Shown: positions 1 to 10,091, counted from the stretch's first letter. The stretch: DNA of 64,000 nt from Candidatus Fermentibacteraceae bacterium (GCA_041750285.1 JBGSZS010000004.1:1-64000), one strand, 5' to 3'. The notes: generated from the sequence alone by a model not told the origin. Program-made: numbers and translations.

Positions 1-26
1 TATTGGACAGCTTGCGGCAGGAGGGG

Positions 27-51
27 AAAAAGAAAACCTCCGAAAAGGAGG
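27..51 (-). terminator. Putative intrinsic terminator
   Basis: Hairpin CCTCC-TTTTC-GGAGG followed by TTTTCTTTTT on the minus strand. Confidence 0.5.
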
Positions 52-140
52 CCTGATCTCGAAAAGATGAAAACCGGAGCTCTAAGTTATTGGCCTGTCA
101 CAAGGCCGAGGCAAAACCTGTCCTGTTTTGGACAGCACTG

Positions 141-169
141 AGAATGATGTTCCTTCTCTAACGTGTCAA
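141..169 (-). promoter_or_regulatory. Putative sigma70 promoter pointing out of the window
   Basis: TTGACA-N17-CATTCT on the minus strand. Confidence 0.4.
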
Positions 170-464
170 GGGCATAAAACGCCCATGACGCAAGGAGTGC
201 ATCTGCATAACAACTGCTGGAAGGGTGTTGTACATACGTCTGCATATGACGGGTGATGTGATTTGGATAATCCCCTGATTGGCTTCAAAGATTGTCAAAC
301 GCCTTTGTTCAGGGGAAATCGAGATTTGCCCGTTTCCTGGGTGAATCTATCTACTGTCGTCTGATGACCTTACATGCAGTTATGGTCGTGGTCGCATTTT
401 GCGACCAGTTCTTCACCTTGCTACTGGAAGGGTTCGGCGTCGCTTCTTTCTTCCCCCGCTCCCC

Positions 465-2828
465 CTACCACCTCTCCGGCACACTCCTCCAGATCTGGTC
501 GAAGGCGGCCTGCCAGCTCTTTGATTCACCGAGTTGCCTGGCTTTCTGGGCCATGGCTTTTCTTGCCGGTTCGTTGTCGGTGAGCTCAATGATCTTCTGG
601 GCGAGGTCAGCGGCGTCCCTTCCGTGGTAGGTAAGGCCTGTTTCGCCGGGTCTGATGATCTCCTGGGGGCCGCCCATGTCTGTTACGATTGCTGGAAGGC
701 CCGAGGCTTGCGCTTCGAGGACGCTGTTGCCGTATGTGTCGGTGGTGGATGGGAAGACGAAGATGTCTGCTGATGCGTATGCTTTGGAGAGGTCTTCACC
801 CGACATGCGGCCGGCGAGGTAGCCGCCGTTGCCGAGTATCATGCTGCCAAGCTCACCCATCCAGGGGCCGTCGCCGACTACGAAGAGCTCAATGTCCTGC
901 CTGGTCTGCCTGACGATGTTGAATGCCTCGGCGAGGACGTCGAGGTCCTTTTCCCGGCTGACCCTGCCGGTGTAGAGGAGCTTCGTTGCCTCTTTGGTTC
1001 CTCCGAACTTCGTGAGGAAGTCTTCCTTTCTCCACCTGGGTGAGAAGGTGTCGGGGTCGGTGCCCCTGGGGAAGAGTTCCATTTTCTTTCTGTCCACACC
1101 GAGTGATGCGAGGTCGTCCATGTAGTAGGTGCTGGGAACCATGACGCGGTCCACCATGCTGTAGAACCATGTCATGCCGCCTGCTGCGAACTCGCCCATC
1201 CAGGCGTCGGCCACTATCTCCCTTATGTGCCTGGGGAAGTCGGTGTGGTAGATGCCTATGGTGGGGATGCCGAGGATCTTCGCTGCGGCGATTACGGCAA
1301 AGCCCATGGGGCCGGGGGTGGAGATGTAGATCATCCCGAACTCGTTCTCTTCGAGGAACCTGAGGAGTTCGAGTATGGGTGGGATGGCGAGTGTTTTCGA
1401 GGCGTAGTCGGGCACGGGGAACTCGGTCACGGGCTGGAAGTTCACGAGCCAGCCCGGGAAGGAGACCTGACGGCTCTGGCTTGTGACGAGGGCAAGTTCC
1501 TTGCCGTTGTCCATGGCGAGCCTTGCGAACCTTTGAAGGGTTCTGGAGACTCCGTTGAGGTCGTCTATGGTGTCGGTGACCCAGGCCCTCTTCTCCAGGT
1601 TGTGGGCGGCGGGGGAACCGATGTTGAGGTGTTTTGTGATGGTGTTGACCGATTCCCTGCCCCTCTTCCTGTCGAGGTAGGCTATGGGGAACGGGGCGTT
1701 GATGAGGAAGACCGGGAGCATGGCATTGAGGCTGCCCACGGCGTCGAGCATGCGGCCCTCGCCGAACCTTGTTACCATGAGGCCTATGAACCTTTGGAGA
1801 AGGCGGTTGGTGAGGCGGTTTAGGATCTGGAAGGTGCGCTCCTCTATCCCCTCCTGGAGAAGCTCGGGGCTGCCCCTTCTGAGATTGAGGTCTCTGCCTA
1901 TCTCTACCAGTTCGTCGCCGAGGAAGGTCTCGAAGTCTGGTTCGCCCGACTTCCTGGCCTTCTTGAGGAGCTGGTGGAAGAGGAAGTCGGCCTTGTGCCA
2001 GAGCGTGGGTTCCTCTTCCTCGGTGTTTGTTTTCGGGCTGAAAAAGCTGTCGGCGGCCATGGTGGCGACTGACGGAACCTTTTTCGCGTTCAGGGAGTGG
2101 CGGTAGAAACTGTAGGCGATGGAGTAGACGGCGTAGGCCGACCTGGTGGCGGTGCCGTGTTCTCCGCCGGGGACGCCCTCGCCGTTTTTGACTGCCTTCA
2201 GGAAGTCCTCAATTGTCTTTGCTTTCGGGACCATGGTCCAGGTGAGGCCGATGAACCTTCCGCAGTGGTCGTCGCTTCCCGCGGTGTAGCCCGTGAAGCC
2301 CTGCCCCTTGATGGCCGCTGCGGTCTCGAGGGCTGCGGTGTTCTCCCACGAGGCGCGGGTGCCGTTCCTGACCTCGACGAGTTCCATCGCCTTCACAAGG
2401 TCGGTCCATTCACCGGGGGGAAGGTGCCCCCCGGGTGAGTAGAACGGATGCGCCAGTGAGTGGGCTATCTGCTGGTCCCTGAGGTATTCGAGGAGCTCGA
2501 AGCCCCGGTCCCTGAGGGTTGATATCCTGTCGTGCTGATCCTGGCCGATGCCGTAGACAAGGATGTGAACCATGCTCTTGCTCTCGGGCATTACCATGGC
2601 CACCTCTTCGCTCATGAACACGCCCGGGAGGCCCGCTATCTTCATGACGCCGTCGATCGTGTTCATGTCGGTTATGGTGACGAAGTCCATGCCGCGGCTG
2701 CGGGCCTGCTCGTATACGAGTTCGGGGGGCGTGAAGCTCTCGGGAGCCTTGAGGGCCCGGAGTATCCAGCGCGCCGAAGTGGTTGAGGCGCTGGAATGAA
2801 CATGCATGTCACATTTCTTTGAAGTCAC
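465..2828 (-). CDS. PHP domain + GT4 (group 1) glycosyltransferase fusion
   Basis: N-terminal DMHVHS, ITD, AHP and GSDDH PHP motifs; C-terminal GRVSREK and FPSTTDTYGNSVLEAQASG GT4 motifs. Confidence 0.85.
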   Translation of the reverse strand: MTSKKCDMHVHSSASTTSARWILRALKAPESFTPPELVYEQARSRGMDFVTITDMNTIDGVMKIAGLPGVFMSEEVAMVMPESKSMVHILVYGIGQDQHDRISTLRDRGFELLEYLRDQQIAHSLAHPFYSPGGHLPPGEWTDLVKAMELVEVRNGTRASWENTAALETAAAIKGQGFTGYTAGSDDHCGRFIGLTWTMVPKAKTIEDFLKAVKNGEGVPGGEHGTATRSAYAVYSIAYSFYRHSLNAKKVPSVATMAADSFFSPKTNTEEEEPTLWHKADFLFHQLLKKARKSGEPDFETFLGDELVEIGRDLNLRRGSPELLQEGIEERTFQILNRLTNRLLQRFIGLMVTRFGEGRMLDAVGSLNAMLPVFLINAPFPIAYLDRKRGRESVNTITKHLNIGSPAAHNLEKRAWVTDTIDDLNGVSRTLQRFARLAMDNGKELALVTSQSRQVSFPGWLVNFQPVTEFPVPDYASKTLAIPPILELLRFLEENEFGMIYISTPGPMGFAVIAAAKILGIPTIGIYHTDFPRHIREIVADAWMGEFAAGGMTWFYSMVDRVMVPSTYYMDDLASLGVDRKKMELFPRGTDPDTFSPRWRKEDFLTKFGGTKEATKLLYTGRVSREKDLDVLAEAFNIVRQTRQDIELFVVGDGPWMGELGSMILGNGGYLAGRMSGEDLSKAYASADIFVFPSTTDTYGNSVLEAQASGLPAIVTDMGGPQEIIRPGETGLTYHGRDAADLAQKIIELTDNEPARKAMAQKARQLGESKSWQAAFDQIWRSVPERW

Positions 2829-2865
2829 TGCGCACCTTCCGCTTTATTCGTGAAGATACAACCCG

Positions 2866-3852
2866 TCAGCGATCCAGCGCAATGATGCCCTGCGGGCCCT
2901 CTCCCCCCGCCATCAGGGTGTCCTGTACGCTGAAGTCGGAGGAGTCGAGCACCCTGACGCAGTTGCCCCCGAAGTCGGTGGCGTAGATGCTGTTCTCGAG
3001 ATACGCGAGGCAGGTCGCGCTGAAGGTCGTCTCGACCCAGTTGAAGTTCCCGTCCTCGTGGTAGACAAGGAGGTTGGTGCCCCAGCCGTTGGGGCTGATG
3101 AAGTCATCCTCGATCCTGACGGACTCGTTGGGGGCGCCTGTCGTGCTGATCTTCTGCGTGATCTCCATCGCCACCGGGTCGATGATGCTGATGGACCCGT
3201 CGTTGGCGTAGGTGGTCGCCCCCGCGTGGACCATTCCGGTTTCGAACGCCCTGGCCCAGATGGTGTTGACTCCCGTGTCCAGCCATGCCAGGCTTCCGCC
3301 GGTGGCCGCGTCGAGAACGGTCACGCCGCCGGGGCTCGTGTTCTCGGGCCAGTTTCCGTGGGTGACGAAGAGCTTTCCGTTGCTGAAGGCGATGCCCGAG
3401 GGGTTGGCGGGAACATCCCAGAGCGTTGTGACGGCTTGATCCGAGAGGCTTGCCACAGCCACCTGCGAGGTGAGAAGAAGCGTGATGTATGCGGTGTCGT
3501 CGTTGACCGCCACCCCGTAGGGGTTGCTTCCCACGGGGAGGTAGATGCAGGCGTCGGTGGTGCCGCCCTGCTCCGAGTCGTAAAGCCTCAGTTCGGCGTC
3601 CAAAGAGCAGAGGATGGCGAAGTCACCCTCTCCAAGGTCGAGTATGACATTGGGCGTGCCGCCGGTCTGCCAGCAGGTCTGAACGAGGCTGTCGGATTTG
3701 GGGAACCATGCGTCGGCGGTGTTGGAGAGTCCGTTGAACCACACGACGATGTCGCCCGCGGGGTTCTCGTTCTGTGACGGCCCTGTGTTGTCACGGCAGC
3801 CCGTGGCGAGGGTTACTGCAAGGGTGGCAAGGATCAGCGCGATTATTCTCAT
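2866..3852 (-). CDS. YncE/BtuG-like beta-propeller lipoprotein, probably cobalamin uptake
   Basis: Lipobox LATGC; repeated blades (NPYGVA, NPSGIA, GPQGI); ATG overlaps the receptor stop (ATGA). Confidence 0.7.
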   Translation of the reverse strand: MRIIALILATLAVTLATGCRDNTGPSQNENPAGDIVVWFNGLSNTADAWFPKSDSLVQTCWQTGGTPNVILDLGEGDFAILCSLDAELRLYDSEQGGTTDACIYLPVGSNPYGVAVNDDTAYITLLLTSQVAVASLSDQAVTTLWDVPANPSGIAFSNGKLFVTHGNWPENTSPGGVTVLDAATGGSLAWLDTGVNTIWARAFETGMVHAGATTYANDGSISIIDPVAMEITQKISTTGAPNESVRIEDDFISPNGWGTNLLVYHEDGNFNWVETTFSATCLAYLENSIYATDFGGNCVRVLDSSDFSVQDTLMAGGEGPQGIIALDR

Positions 3853-5711
3853 CTTCGTTCTCCGGTCCCGATGGTTATGCCGAAAGTTCTCGGCCTGCCG
3901 TGGTACCCGCCGGATTCCTCGTAGCCGGTCCCGGCGGCATTGGTGATCCACGCCGTGAGCCTTGTCGCCCCCAGTGGGAACGCGGCACTGGCGTCGAGTA
4001 ACAGATACGGTGCGAGGCTTTCCGACTCGGTCCTGTTGGTGAACCTCCTGCCCTGGCCCGAGAGAGAGAGCCCGAACTCGAATTTTTCAGTAAAAAAGGA
4101 TAAATGCCCTCCGCCAGTGATTTGGGGGCGGTACGGAATGAGCATGCCCTCCCTTGCCGTTCCCGGGGTCTCGTCGGTTGCGGTTGCGAAGGTCACGTTG
4201 CCCCCCGCCTTGACTGGTCCTAGCGTTGCCGAGGCTTCGAGCTCTATTCCCCTCGAAAGGCTTTTTGCTGTGTTTTCCGGAACCCAGATGCCGTCTTCGC
4301 CGGGAAGCCAGAGAATCAACTGCTCCGTTCTAGTGATGAAGCCGGTTGCGCTCAGGAGAGTGCTGCCCCCTGTGACGAATCTGATGCCTGCCTCGGCCCC
4401 GATGGACGTCTGGGGAAGGAGGTCCGGGTTGCCTCGTGCGAATGCGTCTGCGGGCCAGTAGAGGTCGTTGAAGGTGGGTACCGTTGCGTCACGGGAGATC
4501 GCCGCCCAGGGTGTGACGGTTCCCGAGCCGCTCAGTGCGGCCCTTGCGTTCCACCATGCTTTCCCGCCGGTCACTCCGCCCCTGAGCCACAGTGAAGCGG
4601 CGCGGTTCTCCCAGCCCAGCGCGCTCCATGGCGTCGTTCTATAGTGGCTGCCCGAGGCGGAGCTTTCCAGGCCGCGCCACTGGAGCCCCGTGCGTGATGC
4701 CAGCGGTCCCAGTTCGAAGGCGGCCTCAGCGTCGGCCCCGAAGTCGGTGTGTTTGTCATCCTGAACCTGGGGAACGGTGCTTTGGTAGGCCATGCCTCCG
4801 GCCCCCGCCCTGAGCATGAGGGGGCCGGCGCCCGCCCATGCCTCGAGCTGGCCCTGGCGCCTCGTGGCGTCGGTTGGAAGGGTCCAGTCCGGCGATTCGG
4901 TCTCGCCGTCGGCGCCGGTTGCCAGTACGCCCCAGCTGGTGTTGGAGAGGATGGATGTCAGTGCGCAGGCTGTGCTGCCTCCGGCGCCAACCGACCTCTT
5001 CAGCGAGATGCCGAGGCGGCCCGGTGCTGTGTTACCGTTGTAACCGAGCCTGGCCCCGCCCCTGTTGTCTGCTTCGGCGAAGAGCCGCCAGGGGCTGCCC
5101 GTGGCTTCGGTCCTGTAGTTGTAAAAGCCCGCCATGCCGCCGCCAACGGCCGTTGACCCCCCCCTTCCCACTTCCAGCGCCCCGAACACCGCCGGGTCCG
5201 CCAGCCCTGCGGGAAGGCCGTCGCGCGCTGTCCCGACGGGGTGGCCGTCTATCATCCAGCTTGAATGCCCGGGGTCGGCCCCGCGGGATGAGAGTGAGAT
5301 TATGGGCATGGCGCCCCCGTACTCCCTTGCGGCAATGCCGGGGGTGAGCTTTGAGAGGGCTCTTGAGCCCGTTCTTGCAAGGTCCTGAAGCTCGGATGAG
5401 CCCAGCATCACCACGGATGGGACCGATGCCCTGAATGATGAAGTCCTTGCCGCCACGAGAATCACGCCGCCCGATGAGACCGGGAAGGGCTGGAGGATGG
5501 CCGTGTTGTCTTTTGGGCTGCCCGTCCAGTCCCGAAAGCCCGTGGCGTGAATGGTTATCCTGTCGGGCTCTTCGCCTGTCGGCTCGTACAGGCCGTTCGT
5601 GTCGGTCTGAGCGTACCAGTTGGAATCCCAGCCGACCCATGCGCCCGGTATGGGGTTGCCCCCGGGGTCGGTCACAAGCAGCGAGGCCGCGATCGCGATG
5701 ACAAGGTACAA
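3849..5711 (-). CDS. btuB: TonB-dependent receptor, BtuB-like
   Basis: Plug region (SRGADP..WMIDG); PTFNDLYW..GNPDLLPQ barrel motif; C-terminal GRPRTFGITI; lies directly downstream of a cobalamin riboswitch. Confidence 0.75.
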   Translation of the reverse strand: MYLVIAIAASLLVTDPGGNPIPGAWVGWDSNWYAQTDTNGLYEPTGEEPDRITIHATGFRDWTGSPKDNTAILQPFPVSSGGVILVAARTSSFRASVPSVVMLGSSELQDLARTGSRALSKLTPGIAAREYGGAMPIISLSSRGADPGHSSWMIDGHPVGTARDGLPAGLADPAVFGALEVGRGGSTAVGGGMAGFYNYRTEATGSPWRLFAEADNRGGARLGYNGNTAPGRLGISLKRSVGAGGSTACALTSILSNTSWGVLATGADGETESPDWTLPTDATRRQGQLEAWAGAGPLMLRAGAGGMAYQSTVPQVQDDKHTDFGADAEAAFELGPLASRTGLQWRGLESSASGSHYRTTPWSALGWENRAASLWLRGGVTGGKAWWNARAALSGSGTVTPWAAISRDATVPTFNDLYWPADAFARGNPDLLPQTSIGAEAGIRFVTGGSTLLSATGFITRTEQLILWLPGEDGIWVPENTAKSLSRGIELEASATLGPVKAGGNVTFATATDETPGTAREGMLIPYRPQITGGGHLSFFTEKFEFGLSLSGQGRRFTNRTESESLAPYLLLDASAAFPLGATRLTAWITNAAGTGYEESGGYHGRPRTFGITIGTGERR

Positions 5712-5750
5712 AAAAACCGCCCTTCATTCGCAGCCGCGAATGCGGGACGG
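5710..5750 (-). terminator. Riboswitch expression-platform hairpin (terminator and/or RBS sequestrator)
   Basis: CCGTCCCGCATTCGC-GGCT-GCGAATGAAGGGCGG followed by T7. Confidence 0.7.
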
Positions 5751-5798
5751 CCGGCGGGAACCCTGAAGCGGGGCTCCTTCACACCGCGCAGCCCGGGG

Positions 5799-5935
5799 TG
5801 AGTATCCTGACTTCCGGATCGGCCCTTCCTCCGCCTTCCCAGCCCTTTTCCGGCCAGTGGCATGTGGAGTTCGGTACCCGGTTACAGTGGCGCTACCGTG
5901 ACGGATTCACACCGTCTTCCTGCACCCGCGGCAGA
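5799..5935 (-). ncRNA. Cobalamin riboswitch
   Basis: Minus strand has AGGAAGACGGTGTGAATCCGTCACGGT..GCCACTGTAA..GCCACTG..GGGAAGG..GAAGTCAGGATACT (B12-box-like); boundaries approximate. Confidence 0.9.
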
Positions 5936-5971
5936 ATATGAGTATACGGCAGGTTCGGTATTCGGTCAACG

Positions 5972-6877
5972 TCAGCCCTGGACGACCCTGTTCCTGCCGG
6001 CGTTCTTGCCCTGGTACATCAGGGCGTCCGCCCTGGCTGTCACCGATGCCTCGTCGTCTTCGGGAAGGGCCATGGTGGCACCGATGGATACGGTTACGGA
6101 TACCGGCGAGTCGTGACATTCCGTCTGTGAAACGGCAACGAGGTTCCTGAGCCTCTCGGCGATGTCGTGCAGGTTACCCGTGGAAATGCCCGGGAACACT
6201 GCGATGAACTCATCGCCTCCCCACCTTCCCACCGTGTCGAAGGGCCTCACCGAAGCCAGAAGGGTTTTGCCAACCGTGACAAGAACCTTATCGCCAGTAA
6301 CATGGCCACAGCGGTCGTTAACTATTTTAAATCCGTCAATGTCAACGAAAAGAACGCCGAAGGAAATGCCGTTCCTTTTCATGGCGGCTGACCTTGCGGC
6401 CAGCACAGACTCCATCTGCCTGCGGTTGGGTAGGCCCGTCAGGGGGTCGGCCAGAGAAAGCCTTTGAAGTTCCCCGATCTGTTCCAGAAGGGCTTCGCGC
6501 GAGCCGGTCTCGGTGAAGACCTCGGCGCCCATGATACTTCCATTTTCGAGTGTCAGCTTGAGAGTGCGAATATCGACGGCAATCCTGTACCCCTCCCTGT
6601 GGTGCATGAACACAGCCATGTGCCTTGAGATGTCGTCGCCCAGCGTTGCCATCAAAGGGCAGCAGTCGGCGCAGAGATTCCTGCCCGCGGCATCGACAGA
6701 AATGAGGACACTGTCCGAGCACTTCCTGCCAAGGACCTCGGCTGCGCTGAAGCCCGTTATCCTTTCCGCCGCCTCGTTCCAGAAGACTATCCTGCGGTCG
6801 GGGTCGACGAGGTAGACGCCCTCGCCAAGGGCTTTCAGGAGGGTTTCAGCGGCGGCGCCGAGGATGGGTTCAGGCAT
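5972..6877 (-). CDS. PAS-GGDEF diguanylate cyclase
   Basis: PAS (WNEAAERITG); DPLTGLPNRR; RPFD I-site; RWGGDEF. Confidence 0.9.
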   Translation of the reverse strand: MPEPILGAAAETLLKALGEGVYLVDPDRRIVFWNEAAERITGFSAAEVLGRKCSDSVLISVDAAGRNLCADCCPLMATLGDDISRHMAVFMHHREGYRIAVDIRTLKLTLENGSIMGAEVFTETGSREALLEQIGELQRLSLADPLTGLPNRRQMESVLAARSAAMKRNGISFGVLFVDIDGFKIVNDRCGHVTGDKVLVTVGKTLLASVRPFDTVGRWGGDEFIAVFPGISTGNLHDIAERLRNLVAVSQTECHDSPVSVTVSIGATMALPEDDEASVTARADALMYQGKNAGRNRVVQG

Positions 6878-7832
6878 GGTTCCTGAGCATGAGTTCCATC
6901 GGGTGGGGGTTCAGGTAGTACTGGTTCCCGAGGTAGGCGGGTCCGTGCAGCATCACGTAATGCTTGAGGAGGGTTACCGGAACGATTAGGGGGACAAGGC
7001 CGTTGTAGTAATCTTCAGTTACGCTCACGAGTTCGGCCTTCTCTTTGGGGTTGAGCACTTTTTTGAAGTACCCCGCGATGTGCTGTATGACGTTCGTGTT
7101 CTTCTTCACCGTTGCCTTCAGTGCAAGTGTCTGCATGAGTTTTTCTTGGTAGTCACTTATGAGTGCGGGGGTTTCAAGGGTGGAGGCCACGATGCGGCCC
7201 AGTTCGGTCTGCCCCGCGGGGCTGTGGGCCATGAGCATCAGCTTGTGCCGGGCGTGGAACTCGACCAGCTTTCCCCTGGTGAAACCTTCGTGAAGCATTG
7301 TCTGCCAGCGGTGCATGACGAAGAGCCTCTCGATGAAGTTCTCCCTTATGCCGTCGTCGTTGAGCCTGCCCTCGTCCTCGACCGGAAGGCAGGGAAAGGC
7401 CTCCATGAACGCCTTCGCGAAAATGCCCACGCCGGTCTTCGTGACGCCGCCCTTTTCGGTGTAGACCTTCACGCCCTTCATGCCGGAACTTGGCGACTTG
7501 CTCTTGAAGATGAACCCGCAGAGGGGGAGTTCCCTGAGCTCGGTGAGTTTCCGTTCGGCCCATGCCGTCATCCGGGGCGTGATGTCAACCTGTGTCTTCT
7601 GTGTGAGGAGCCTTACCTCATCCCCGGTGTTCACAAGCCGCATGGCCTCGCGGGGGATGGGAAGGCCGCACTCGACCTCGGGGCAGACCGGGACGAACCT
7701 GACGAAACCGCCCAGACGGTCCCTCAGGAAGCGGTCGAGCTTGTGGCCGCCGTCGTAGCGAACGTTGCTTCCGAGCAGACAGGAGCTCACCCCCACCATG
7801 GGGGTGTCACCGGGACCAGAAATCCCGCTCAA
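6870..7832 (-). CDS. DUF523/DUF1722 (YbbK/YbgA, 2-thiouracil desulfurase-like) protein
   Basis: GVSSCLLG..VRYDGGH, CPEVECGL, KSKSPSSG, HARHK motifs. Confidence 0.85.
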   Translation of the reverse strand: MSGISGPGDTPMVGVSSCLLGSNVRYDGGHKLDRFLRDRLGGFVRFVPVCPEVECGLPIPREAMRLVNTGDEVRLLTQKTQVDITPRMTAWAERKLTELRELPLCGFIFKSKSPSSGMKGVKVYTEKGGVTKTGVGIFAKAFMEAFPCLPVEDEGRLNDDGIRENFIERLFVMHRWQTMLHEGFTRGKLVEFHARHKLMLMAHSPAGQTELGRIVASTLETPALISDYQEKLMQTLALKATVKKNTNVIQHIAGYFKKVLNPKEKAELVSVTEDYYNGLVPLIVPVTLLKHYVMLHGPAYLGNQYYLNPHPMELMLRNHA

Positions 7833-9117
7833 ACCTCTCCCCCTTCGAGAATGCCAGGGCCTGGCTTATTGAATGATCCATGTTGTTGTACCAGAAGGAG
7901 CCGCACCTGCCGAGCAGGGTGAGGTTCTTCGGTATCTCGAGGGTCGAGAGCCTTTCCCGGTAGCTCCTGTCGTAGATGGGGTAGGTCTCGCGGACGAGCT
8001 TCCAGTCAACGAACTCGATCTGGCTCTCCCTGAGCGCGCCCACGCTCTCAAGCTGGGGGATCAGGCCGGTCTGGATGCCCTCGACGCCCTTTTGCAGGTC
8101 TTCGTCGGTAACAGTTATCTCGGCGCAGATGGAATCGGCGCCCTTGGGAACGGTGTCACGTCTGAAGTGGCGAGGCACCGTGGTCCTGCTGAAGCAGAGG
8201 TCCTCCTGGCCGAAGTAGCACCACTGGTAATCGTTGGCCGCGTTTTCCGACATGAGCCCGATGTTGGCGACCAGGGTGTGTATGAACGAAAAACCAGCGC
8301 CGGGAAAGATCAGGCTCACCGGAGCGCTCCAGAAGACGCGGTCGGCCTCGAGGACACCGCCGCCGCCCATTGTCACTCCCTTGACTGCTCCCCCGTCCTG
8401 TACAATACCCTCTGCGGGTATTCCAGTCATGAGGGCACCCCCCGCCCTCTGAACCATGCTCGACTGCATGTCGCAGAAACTCTGTATCCCACCTTCGGAA
8501 GGGTAGTAAAAGCTTGTGTGAACAGGCTTGGGGGCAAGCATGCCGATGAACAGTGAGAAGAGTGAATCGGCCTTCACCCGCTTGTCTATCACGGCGCGGT
8601 TCACGCCGGCCTCGGCCCAGTCCGGGTGCATTTCCTCGGGGTCCATGCCCGAGAACTTCTTCGTGTAGCCCCTGAAGAAGAAGCGGTAAAGGGTGTCGCC
8701 GTAACGGCTGCGTATGAAGTCGGCGAAGGAACTCACTCCAGCGCTTCTCTTCCTTTTGAGCATGTCGGCGAGGCTTCCCAGTAGAACACCCGGGGGAAGA
8801 CCCGCGAGCGAGGCCAGGGAGAGCGGCCAGTTCCTGTAGCGGCCCGCCATGAAGACGCTGCTTTTGCGCGGGATGGTGATGTACCTTTTGCCGAGGATGT
8901 TTTTCAGGTAGGTGTCGACGACGGGGTCGGCCGTGTGGAACCTGTGCGGGCCGATGTCGAAGTGGAAGCCGCCGTTTGTGAATGTCCGGGCGAGTCCGCC
9001 GGGGCTCTCCTCCCTCTCCACCAGGACTATCTCGTCATCGCAGCCCCCGGAAAGCAGCCTTTCCGCGAGCGTGAGACCGGCCACGCCGGCACCGACGATA
9101 ACAGTCCTTCGCGTCAT
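7807..9117 (-). CDS. FAD-dependent oxidoreductase (protoporphyrinogen oxidase/UDP-galactopyranose mutase-like)
   Basis: GAGVAG Rossmann motif, GGLART..FDIGPHRF, GRCGSFWYNNMDHS; start moved to the ATG overlapping the upstream stop. Confidence 0.8.
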   Translation of the reverse strand: MTRRTVIVGAGVAGLTLAERLLSGGCDDEIVLVEREESPGGLARTFTNGGFHFDIGPHRFHTADPVVDTYLKNILGKRYITIPRKSSVFMAGRYRNWPLSLASLAGLPPGVLLGSLADMLKRKRSAGVSSFADFIRSRYGDTLYRFFFRGYTKKFSGMDPEEMHPDWAEAGVNRAVIDKRVKADSLFSLFIGMLAPKPVHTSFYYPSEGGIQSFCDMQSSMVQRAGGALMTGIPAEGIVQDGGAVKGVTMGGGGVLEADRVFWSAPVSLIFPGAGFSFIHTLVANIGLMSENAANDYQWCYFGQEDLCFSRTTVPRHFRRDTVPKGADSICAEITVTDEDLQKGVEGIQTGLIPQLESVGALRESQIEFVDWKLVRETYPIYDRSYRERLSTLEIPKNLTLLGRCGSFWYNNMDHSISQALAFSKGERFERDFWSR

Positions 9118-10091
9118 TTCCCTTCCCTTCCCGACACCAGAAGATACAAACCGCCCACGATCATGAGAAGAATCGCAAGGAACATCCAGAGCAGGTGCAT
9201 GGAGAAACCGGCCTCGACGATGCCGAGTCCCGGGGCGAGCTCCCCGGTGACGCCGACTGCGGCGAAGCCCGCGATCCAGCCGGCTTCGAGGGTTCCCAGC
9301 CCCAGAAGGCCGTGAACGGGCATGGCAAGCGTCGCGTCGGTAACCGCTCCCGCGACCAGTACCTTCCAGACGGGCTGGAAGTCCACCCCGATGGACCTGA
9401 GCAGGAACACGAACATGAAGAGCTTCACGCTCCATGCCAGAAGGCTGACAATGTACGACGCGGTGAACCTTCCCCTTCGCCCCGAACCCACCGTCACCGC
9501 CTGGGCGAGGTTTTCGTAACCCCTGCTGAAACGCCCCCCGAAAAGCTTCAGGAGCGGCTTCTGAAGAACCGCCAGCAGTCGCGGCAGAAAGAACACGGCC
9601 GCCAGTGAGGCAACCCCCACCAAAGCCGCGGCAAGGCCCGCCGAACCGCTGAGGCCGCCAGCCACGGCGCAGCTCACAAGCGTGCCCATGGCGGCCATGT
9701 CGAGAAGCTTCGAGAGCACGACCGTTGCAGTTCCCCTGCCGAGTGAAAGCCTGCCGTAGAAGCGGAAAAGCCCCACAAGAGCGGGGTCGGCCAGGCGAAG
9801 GGGCAGAAGGTGCCCAAGACCAACGTGTATCGCGTTGATGGGAAGGGCCCTTCCCATGGTGATGGGCTGCTCCCAGCTCAGGAGCTTCCAGCGCCACGCC
9901 CTGAGGAGCTGGCTCGCGATGAACAGCAGCAGGGCGATTCCCAGGTGCCTCGTGTCGGCGGTCGAAACGGCGGCAAGGATCCTGCGAACCGTTTCCCCGA
10001 GGTCACCGCCGCTGCCGAGTAGAAGGACCGTAACGGCGCCTCCCGCGGCCACGGCGGCAAGCGTTCGAAGTGTTCTGCCCGTAATCCGCAC
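9114..10091 (-). CDS. Lysylphosphatidylglycerol synthase TM / flippase-like membrane protein
   Basis: Multi-TM; LRAWRW, LLPLRLAD, PVHGLLGLGTLEAG motifs. Confidence 0.75.
   Translation of the reverse strand: MRITGRTLRTLAAVAAGGAVTVLLLGSGGDLGETVRRILAAVSTADTRHLGIALLLFIASQLLRAWRWKLLSWEQPITMGRALPINAIHVGLGHLLPLRLADPALVGLFRFYGRLSLGRGTATVVLSKLLDMAAMGTLVSCAVAGGLSGSAGLAAALVGVASLAAVFFLPRLLAVLQKPLLKLFGGRFSRGYENLAQAVTVGSGRRGRFTASYIVSLLAWSVKLFMFVFLLRSIGVDFQPVWKVLVAGAVTDATLAMPVHGLLGLGTLEAGWIAGFAAVGVTGELAPGLGIVEAGFSMHLLWMFLAILLMIVGGLYLLVSGREGK

Noticed and set aside
50..135. c-di-GMP-I riboswitch
   Set aside because: GAAA-containing hairpins are present but the conserved GGCAAA..GACGCAAA core is not in the right arrangement.
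292..630. 112-aa plus-strand ORF
   Set aside because: TTG start, overlaps the 3' end of the glycosyltransferase gene, no motifs.
9118..9897. Long N-terminal extensions of ORFs 7807..9897, 16269..17948, 13586..15010 and 59217..61361
   Set aside because: They overlap neighbouring real genes; downstream starts match domain boundaries and, in most cases, stop-start coupling.
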